Shown piece by piece: positions 60,257 through 64,000 of a stretch of DNA of 64,000 nt; the stretch's first letter is position 1, and each line of letters begins with the position of its first letter. The position numbers and the translations under genes were made by a program. Below the pieces are notes generated by a model. That model had not been told where the DNA came from, ran no database searches, and saw only the letters and a list, made by a program, of their open reading frames with translations. This DNA is from Campylobacterales bacterium (GTDB taxonomy: Bacteria > Campylobacterota > Campylobacteria > Campylobacterales > QNZT01), in NCBI GenBank assembly GCA_027023305.1, contig JALVVR010000048.1, positions 150,907 through 214,906 of the forward strand, read 5' to 3'.

Positions 60257-62140
60257 ATGATAAAAGAAATTTTTACAAAGAGTCTAAAATCTTTCCAGCG
60301 ATTTCCACTAGCTATGACTTCATCTTTGCTTGCTACTGCTATTATACTTTATTTTATACAATTTCATATAAAAGACTTTACTGGTATAAATTTGATTTTA
60401 GTAAAACTTGTACTTGTATTTTCTCTTGGATTTTTTGTTTTTACTGCTTTGAAACTTTTAAGATATAGTTTTGATAGTAAAATTTACAAGATACTTTTTG
60501 GAATTGTAGTTACAGGACTTGTTTCTTACTACTTTTTTCTACCAGATATAAACCGATGGCATAGTGTAAATCTTCAAAAACACTTCTTTTTGTTAGTTGC
60601 ATCATTTGTAGCTATATTATGGACTCCATTTTTAAAATCAAATTTAAGTGATGAGGATTATTGGGACTATGCAAAAAAGATAATATTTGCATTTTTTATA
60701 GCTGGTTTTTTTACTTTTGTACTTATAGCTGGAGTAAATGTTGCTCTTTTTTCTATAGAAGCACTATTTGACTTTAGAATAACTGGTGAGCATATTGGGA
60801 TGATAAATATATTTATAATAGGTGTCTTTTCAACTTCTTACTTTCTTTCCCAAATTCCAAAAGAACCTCTATCATCAAATAATTTAGAAAAAACTTCCAC
60901 GATAGAGAGATTTTTTACAAGATATATCCTTACTCCTCTCTCCATAGTTTATTTTATCATTCTTTATGTATATACTGCAAAAGTTTTGATTAGTATGGAT
61001 TGGCCAAAAGGTATTTTAGCTTGGCTTATAGTTGCATTTTCATTAGTGGCGATTTTAACCTATCTTTTTTGGACTCCATTTTTATCTAAAGAAAAGAGTA
61101 GATGGAGAAAAATCGTATGGCTTGGGATACTTTTACAAACAGGTATGCTTTTTACAGCAATCATTATGAGAATAAATGCTTACTCTTGGACAATAAATCG
61201 ATATATGGTATTTGTTTTGGGTATCTGGTTAGCTGGAGTTTCTATCTATTTTCTATTTTTCAAAAAAGCGAAGATAAAGTGGCTTTTTATCTCCTTAACT
61301 ATAATCTTAGCCATATCTCAAATAGGAGCATTATCTGCTTATAGTATTAGTAAACATGCACAAACAAAAAGACTACTAAATGCAGTAAAAACCTACAAAA
61401 ACTTAAAAGCTACTAAGCAACCTGTATCTTTAAAACTAAAGTATAATATCTCAAGCATAACAGAGTATCTATACAACCACTTTGGCTTAAAATCACTAAA
61501 AAACATCTATCCAAATATAGTAGCCGAGTTTAAAAGCTTAAAAGAAAAAGAGAAAAAGATAAGAAAAGAGCTAGAAAAAAAGGATTTAGAGTTTGAGTGG
61601 GAGGTTTTAAACAAAAGGCTAGATGAGTTATATGGTGGCAGACCACAGAGATTTCCAAACTTTGCAACTAATGAGTTAGGATTTAGATTTGTTTACCAGT
61701 GGGATTATAAAAACCAAGAGCTAAAAGAAAAGGAGCCTACATTTTATCAGTATGCAATCATAAAATCAAAAAAACAAATCCTAGCAGAAGATATACAAGA
61801 GTTTAACTACCTAGTTAGACTTGACTATATTTCAGATTCACCAAAAGAGATATATATAAAAAATCTTGATACTTATATCTTTGTAAAAGATGGGCTTTTA
61901 AAAATCAAAAGAAAAGATGAAGAGGTGGTTTTTAAACTATTTGAACTAGTAAAAAATCTCTCTAAAAAGTATGATACCATAAAAGAAGACTTAAAGCCTT
62001 CTGAGCTAACACTTCAAAAAAATACCAAATCACTCAAAGTAAGAGTTGAGTTTGATAACATCAGGGTCTTTATCAGCAAAAAAAGAAAAAATATCTTCTT
62101 AAATGCAATACTGCTTTTTGAGGTAAAGCATGACAAGTAG
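60257..62140 (+). CDS. DUF4153-family multi-pass membrane protein
   Basis: About 11 TM helices; YILTPL, WPKG, RINAYSWTINRY and SAYSISKHAQTKRL. Confidence 0.8.
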   Translation: MIKEIFTKSLKSFQRFPLAMTSSLLATAIILYFIQFHIKDFTGINLILVKLVLVFSLGFFVFTALKLLRYSFDSKIYKILFGIVVTGLVSYYFFLPDINRWHSVNLQKHFFLLVASFVAILWTPFLKSNLSDEDYWDYAKKIIFAFFIAGFFTFVLIAGVNVALFSIEALFDFRITGEHIGMINIFIIGVFSTSYFLSQIPKEPLSSNNLEKTSTIERFFTRYILTPLSIVYFIILYVYTAKVLISMDWPKGILAWLIVAFSLVAILTYLFWTPFLSKEKSRWRKIVWLGILLQTGMLFTAIIMRINAYSWTINRYMVFVLGIWLAGVSIYFLFFKKAKIKWLFISLTIILAISQIGALSAYSISKHAQTKRLLNAVKTYKNLKATKQPVSLKLKYNISSITEYLYNHFGLKSLKNIYPNIVAEFKSLKEKEKKIRKELEKKDLEFEWEVLNKRLDELYGGRPQRFPNFATNELGFRFVYQWDYKNQELKEKEPTFYQYAIIKSKKQILAEDIQEFNYLVRLDYISDSPKEIYIKNLDTYIFVKDGLLKIKRKDEEVVFKLFELVKNLSKKYDTIKEDLKPSELTLQKNTKSLKVRVEFDNIRVFISKKRKNIFLNAILLFEVKHDK

Positions 62141-62183
62141 TACTTTAAATATTGGATATTAGTGAAAAAGGTAAATATAAAAT

Positions 62184-62507
62184 ATGGTTAGATTACTTGG
62201 TATTTTATTTATATCTTTATCGATATTTTTATATTTTAAACTTAACAGCAAAATATATAGAGTCAATACTATTTTTGATATATCCCTAAGTAGTTTAAGG
62301 GTTCTTTCTTGGAGTGAAAACTGGAGTTTAAATGGAGATGGTGAGATAGTAGCCACCTTAGAGATAACTAAGGAAGACTACAATAAATTAGCTCCAATAG
62401 ACAAAAATGTTATAATAAAGATGCATAAACCTAGCGAAGATAAGGTTTTGATAAAATATAAAGACAAAAGTAGATTTTATCTTTATGGGTATTATAGTAC
62501 TAAATGA
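62184..62507 (+). CDS. Hypothetical protein with N-terminal membrane anchor
   Basis: AAGGT upstream; hydrophobic N-terminus; NGDG motif. Confidence 0.65.
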   Translation: MVRLLGILFISLSIFLYFKLNSKIYRVNTIFDISLSSLRVLSWSENWSLNGDGEIVATLEITKEDYNKLAPIDKNVIIKMHKPSEDKVLIKYKDKSRFYLYGYYSTK

Positions 62508-62869
62508 AATACAAAAACATAAACTCAGCAATCCACAACTTTGGGCATAGCTTTTTTAGTTTAATCAATTATATTGAAGATAGTTATATAATCGATGAGT
62601 TAGGTAAAATTCATAAAAAAGGGTATGATATAAAAATAGATTGGTTAAATATAGAGTTTGAACCAAAACAGATGTTAAATAGCAAAATTGAAAAAAGCAT
62701 AATCTATTATGCTAATATTTTAGAAAATTTTTTGTTAAAACAAGATGTTTTGCTACAAAAGATTACCACTTTATATTTTGTTTGGAATAGTGAAGAGAAT
62801 GATAAATATATGAAAGCAACTGATGATAGAGGTAAAAGTTATAAGATTAAAATTGCAAATACTCTTTAA
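62504..62869 (+). CDS. Hypothetical protein
   Basis: ATGA overlap with the previous gene; 121-aa ORF (HNFGHSF, DDRGKSY). Confidence 0.7.
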   Translation: MKYKNINSAIHNFGHSFFSLINYIEDSYIIDELGKIHKKGYDIKIDWLNIEFEPKQMLNSKIEKSIIYYANILENFLLKQDVLLQKITTLYFVWNSEENDKYMKATDDRGKSYKIKIANTL

Positions 62870-62877
62870 GAGCAATT

Positions 62878-63240
62878 ATGATTAGTTTAGATGAAATTTT
62901 TAACAAATATGAGGGTGTCTTAAAAAGCAAAGGCATATCATATGTAGATGAACCACATAGAACAATTATTGCTATTTATAGTGTGCAAGGCATTTTAGAT
63001 AATGGCAGATTTGAGTATCTATTTGAAAGTAAGTTTAACGATGGAATGTCCATAGAGGTTTTTTATAAAAGTTACGAAAATATTGGGCTAGATAAAATGG
63101 TAAAACTTTTAGCAAAAGCCTATGGGAAAAGAGATAATTTAAAAGAATTAGGATTGCTAAATGAAGATATGTTTAAACTAAGCGATGAGGTTTGGCAAAA
63201 GTTAGAAGAGTTTACAACAAAAAATAGAATATTATGCTAA
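62878..63240 (+). CDS. DUF4375/DMP19-like helical protein
   Basis: LDNGRFEYLF resembles the family motif VxNGGFxQYF; YENIGL helix follows. Confidence 0.55.
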   Translation: MISLDEIFNKYEGVLKSKGISYVDEPHRTIIAIYSVQGILDNGRFEYLFESKFNDGMSIEVFYKSYENIGLDKMVKLLAKAYGKRDNLKELGLLNEDMFKLSDEVWQKLEEFTTKNRILC

Positions 63241-63602
63241 AGATAGAACAAGAGATTTTAGCTCTATTTGAAAAAATATTTCCAAAATTAATAGAGGTAA
63301 TACAAACTTCTATAAAACAAGCACAAAAAGTAGAAAGAGAGTTTACTGGTGTTGGGACTTTTGTTTCTTTTTTCTATGAAAATACTGATATGTTCAGCAA
63401 TAAAATTTTAAAAAGTAAAAGATATAACTCTGTGATTATCAAATCAAAAGAGTTAGAACACGACTGCCCTGTTGATATTGTTTTTGGTAAAAATGGGCTT
63501 ATTGATTATATCGAACTTTCAATGGGGATAAGGGAGAAAAAATACCCTAAAGAGTATGAGATTTGTTATAATGAGCCTAATGTTATTGCTGACAAAGGTT
63601 GA
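63234..63602 (+). CDS. Hypothetical protein (REFTGVG motif)
   Basis: Overlaps the previous stop; REFTGVGTFVSF and NGLIDYIEL. Confidence 0.65.
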   Translation: MLKIEQEILALFEKIFPKLIEVIQTSIKQAQKVEREFTGVGTFVSFFYENTDMFSNKILKSKRYNSVIIKSKELEHDCPVDIVFGKNGLIDYIELSMGIREKKYPKEYEICYNEPNVIADKG

Positions 63603-63605
63603 AAA

Positions 63606-63932
63606 ATGAAAAATAGTATTTCTGTCAAAGCAAAACTTTGTTTGCTACCAACAAGTAATGGCGGAAGAAGCAACCCTATATTTGGACCAGGTAGTTATAG
63701 ACCTAATCATAATTTTGGCAAAATTGAAAATAGATTTATGTATATAGGATTTATAGAGATGTCAAAAGAATTTTATCTTAAGCCAGGAGAGTGTGCTGAG
63801 GTCAGGGTAGATTTTTTAAAGAGATGGCCTGAACTTGTTAAAAAACTAACTCTTGGTAGAAAGTGGTATATACAAGAGGGTGCAAAAGTTGTAGGTATAG
63901 CAACTGTTTTGGAGATTTTGGATGATATATAA
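63606..63932 (+). CDS. Stand-alone EF-Tu domain III-like protein
   Basis: GGRSNPI..SYRP, LKPGE and IQEGAKVVGIATV parallel EF-Tu C-terminal GGRHTPF..YRP, MPGD and IREGGRTVGAGVV. Confidence 0.75.
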   Translation: MKNSISVKAKLCLLPTSNGGRSNPIFGPGSYRPNHNFGKIENRFMYIGFIEMSKEFYLKPGECAEVRVDFLKRWPELVKKLTLGRKWYIQEGAKVVGIATVLEILDDI

Positions 63933-64000
63933 AACCCTATTTGAAACAAGCGATTATTGGCAAGATTTGATAATTTCTAAAAGTTTTACATTTTTATTCA

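Noticed and set aside
449-62356. Many 60-140-aa ORFs antisense to or nested in long genes (e.g. 9742-10137, 47759-48172, 27561-27896)
   Set aside because: They are shadow frames of well-supported genes, with no recognisable motifs
60234-64000. attC sites between the terminal small ORFs
   Set aside because: Gaps are too short (at most 43 nt) and no AAC...GTT hairpin with L boxes was found

Overview
AT-rich chromosomal segment of a motile Campylobacterota (Epsilonproteobacteria) bacterium, inferred from gene order (trpS-serS-pflB, epsilon-type nuo operon, pflA, rsmA-rnj-kdsD). Most of it is housekeeping: fbp (partial), prs, lepA, trpS, serS, speA, cysE, ilvD, rsmA, rnj, rarA, accBC, dcd and tRNA-Phe. 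Five things stand out. (1) A 3.8-kb two-gene restriction-modification module (12121-15942) has the hallmarks of a solitary integron gene cassette: GTTGTCTAA at the left end, a 57-bp attC at the right end, a GTTAT empty-site target, no integrase in the window, and an R' GTT changed to ATT that may lock it in place. (2) The complex I operon has a GltD/NfnL-like NAD(P)H flavoprotein at the nuoF position, followed by two divergent NuoG paralogues. (3) An anchor-less FrdAB/SdhAB-like pair lacks the covalent-FAD His. (4) A highly structured ~190-nt element lies downstream of a secreted S8 protease and is partly complementary to that gene's own 5' leader. (5) A tightly packed array of small unrelated ORFs closes the window. 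All calls come from reading motifs by eye; no database searches were run.
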